Origin: Candidatus Methanomethylicia archaeon
GTDB lineage: Archaea > Thermoproteota > Methanomethylicia > CALHIW01
Direction: 5' to 3'
NCBI GenBank assembly: GCA_038845975.1
Contig: JAWBQF010000001.1
Coordinates: forward strand, 96,743 to 160,742
Length of the DNA stretch: 64,000 nucleotides
Position numbers and translations under genes: made by a program. The stretch's first letter is position 1. Every line of letters begins with the position of its first letter. A model generated the notes under the pieces. The model had not been told where the DNA came from, made no database searches, and saw only the letters and a list, made by a program, of their open reading frames with translations. This document shows, in pieces, positions 62,024 through 64,000 of the stretch.

Positions 62024-62062
62024 ATTATCCGTTGGATAATTGATACTCAATTATCCAATGGA
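62024..62062. repeat. Nested inverted/direct repeat
   Basis: CCGTTGGATAATTGA-TAC-TCAATTATCCAATGG (14/15 arm match). ATTATCCNNTGGA occurs at 62024 and 62050. Confidence 0.7.
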
Positions 62063-62239
62063 ACCTTATTCCTCTCAAAAACTCCAAGATCCCTGCAAAC
62101 CCCTAATACCAACATAAAACAATAACAATAGAACTTATATAACTTCTAAGTTGCCACGTCCAGCTCTAAAATGGAAAAATTTATATATGTCATAAAAATA
62201 ATATTTTTTACCAGAAGTTTTATTTAGGAGGTGAAGTGC

Positions 62240-62383
62240 TTGAGCTATTATGTATGTCCAAACTGCGGTATGAAGATGAAGAGCTATTGGAAACTGAGGA
62301 AACATATTATGGAGGAGCGCAGCAAGTCGGAGAAAGTAAGTAAAGATATGCAGCAAATTCCAGCTATCGTTAAGCAGAAATAG
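62240..62383 (+). CDS. Unannotated 47-aa C2H2-like zinc-finger micro-protein
   Basis: SD GGAGGTGA, TTG start, upstream TTTATATA; MSYYVCPNCGMKMKSYWKLRKHIMEERSKSEKVSKDMQQIPAIVKQK. Confidence 0.65.
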   Translation: MSYYVCPNCGMKMKSYWKLRKHIMEERSKSEKVSKDMQQIPAIVKQK

Positions 62384-62386
62384 ATG

Positions 62387-63250
62387 TTAATTTATAGGTT
62401 GATAGAGCCTTATAATATATGATCCTAATGGAATTTTAAAGTAGTCAGCAATAACACTACATTTAGCCTTAAGAATAGTTAAAACATCTATCTTAAAGCT
62501 ATTCATATTAAGTATGTAGGCCTCAAAGTTTAGTAGTCCCTTACTAATAATTAGGTCTACATCGGGTAAACTATTACGTGAAATAAATATAGGGTACTCT
62601 TTAAGCTCAAATACACGGCTTAAATCCCCGCCTATTCTAGCAAAATCGTTAAGCGTTATATCCGTTTCATGAGGAGGCTTTACAGCAAATAATATGTTTA
62701 TTCCTCTTACTCTAAGATTCTCGGATAGAAGTAAGTCAAATAGAGCCTCCCCTGCATTGTCTAGAAGGTAAAGAATATACCTATATTTACCACTTTCTAA
62801 AGCGTTAATAAACCTATCCATATCATTCAATGCAATTTTTAGATTTTTAACATCATCTTCAAGCATTTTATAGTTTAGATTATAGCCTAATACAAGAGGG
62901 TCTAAACCATTACCATAAGCTGCTAATGCTAATAAATGTTTAAGATTTTGAATCGAGTCATCATATGGATTGATTCCTAAATAACTTATAATTTTGCTAG
63001 AGAATGTAATCTGTTCATCTTTATCCTTCATAAAGGGATCGTTGATACCTGATTCTTTTTTAAGCATTTTATGGATTTCAACATTGGCTTTAGGTGGATT
63101 AAAATCATCAATATTTTCAATTATATATTTTAAAACAATTCTTGATAAGTATAGCTTAAAGGATCTGGGTTTATTGATTCTTCTAATAAACTCAAATCCA
63201 GATGCTAGATTACATAAAATACATTTAGAGCCTCCAAATATGGAATTCAT
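62387..63250 (-). CDS. ARMT1/DUF89 damage-control phosphatase-like
   Basis: N-terminal CxxC, DPF...K, GN.LD, LDNAGE, SKG..NFE, KAKC. Confidence 0.8.
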   Translation of the reverse strand: MNSIFGGSKCILCNLASGFEFIRRINKPRSFKLYLSRIVLKYIIENIDDFNPPKANVEIHKMLKKESGINDPFMKDKDEQITFSSKIISYLGINPYDDSIQNLKHLLALAAYGNGLDPLVLGYNLNYKMLEDDVKNLKIALNDMDRFINALESGKYRYILYLLDNAGEALFDLLLSENLRVRGINILFAVKPPHETDITLNDFARIGGDLSRVFELKEYPIFISRNSLPDVDLIISKGLLNFEAYILNMNSFKIDVLTILKAKCSVIADYFKIPLGSYIIRLYQPIN

Positions 63251-64000
63251 GTAAAGACCACTCTCCTAGTTCTATTTCTATACCTAACTTCAACCTCTAT
63301 GTATTGCTGTATACCTGAAGTCCTTATCTTCCTTCCCATGACATGCTCAACCTGAAATATTCCTGCAGGATTCTTTGTTTTAACAACTATCTTTACAGGC
63401 TTATCTTCACCCCGCTCAATTATAACTCTTTCAATAGCTAATGCTGATAGCGCATGTATTGATTCTCCACCATGTCTATAAGGTATTCTAGCTCTACCAC
63501 CAGCCATATCTACACCATCACCTACCTTAGATACACCAGCTTCAATAGTTAGTGCTTGAACATCATCGTCATGAGCGTAGATTATATGCAGAATCTCCTG
63601 TCTAATCCTTACAAGTTCAAATGTTAAATCAGTACCATAAATCTTAGGAAGTAAACGATTCAATATACTTACTGCAAGATATACTCCATGAGTACTATGG
63701 TTAACTCTATGAATGGCATTTCCAATATCATGAAGATATGATCCAAGCATAACTACAAGTTCAGCATCATTCATAGAGCCAACGCCATCTCTAACAATAC
63801 TTGAACCAATAGTATTACCTAACAACTTAAAAATCTCTAAGGAGCTTCCAGCAACAATTCTAGCATGAACAGGACCATGATCATTATAGCCAAGTCTCTT
63901 AACAGCAAAAACATTAGACATTTGAAGTAGAGACTGTACCTCAATATCAGACTCAACAGCTTCAAAACCTCTAGCTACTAGACTATTATTGAAGTGAAGT
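63247..64000 (-). CDS. HD-domain phosphohydrolase (COG3294-like), 5' end beyond window
   Basis: RLGYNDHGPVH, LHDIGN, AHD. Frame stays open from 63921 to the window edge. Overlaps the DUF89 start by 4 bp. Confidence 0.85.
   Translation of the reverse strand, partial: LHFNNSLVARGFEAVESDIEVQSLLQMSNVFAVKRLGYNDHGPVHARIVAGSSLEIFKLLGNTIGSSIVRDGVGSMNDAELVVMLGSYLHDIGNAIHRVNHSTHGVYLAVSILNRLLPKIYGTDLTFELVRIRQEILHIIYAHDDDVQALTIEAGVSKVGDGVDMAGGRARIPYRHGGESIHALSALAIERVIIERGEDKPVKIVVKTKNPAGIFQVEHVMGRKIRTSGIQQYIEVEVRYRNRTRRVVFT

Noticed and set aside
62051-62058. TTATCCAA resembling a bacterial DnaA box
   Set aside because: Archaeal genome; not an ORB element, and no cdc6/orc1 gene nearby.
62135-62356. 73-aa minus-strand ORF
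   Set aside because: Overlaps the better-supported plus-strand Zn-finger ORF, which has an SD and TATA.
1-64000. CRISPR array, tRNA, rRNA
   Set aside because: No regularly spaced repeats or GC-rich structured RNA blocks seen.

Overview
AT-rich chromosomal DNA from a thermophile-like TACK/Thermoproteota-type archaeon. The lineage is inferred from Pth2, TiaS, NreA, GCH III, LysW and TATA boxes close to many start codons; the exact taxon is not resolvable. The window holds about 50 intact genes in four main groups. (1) tRNA modification genes (mtaB, tiaS). (2) A dispersed LysW-dependent arginine/lysine region (lysM-lysWXYZJK, argGH, and carA/carB split by a BKACE+SDR insertion). (3) A Zn-ribbon-FHA / membrane Ser/Thr kinase / MBL hydrolase / vWA phospho-signalling cluster. 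(4) A GCH III-cofG-cofH deazaflavin/flavin run with unexplained members. Intergenic spaces carry many decayed IS elements: three copies of one IS6-family element, plus IS5 and IS607/tnpB remnants. Most notable are the vWA protein's C-terminal array of Thr-x-x-[L/I/D] FHA-docking-like motifs next to an FHA protein and kinase; an identical 20-bp element within a ~68-bp near-duplicated promoter upstream of both carB and argG; candidate missing riboflavin/F420 enzymes; and an unannotated C2H2-like micro-ORF downstream of a 33-bp palindrome. No rRNA, tRNA or CRISPR array was recognised. All calls come from visual motif reading, without database searches.
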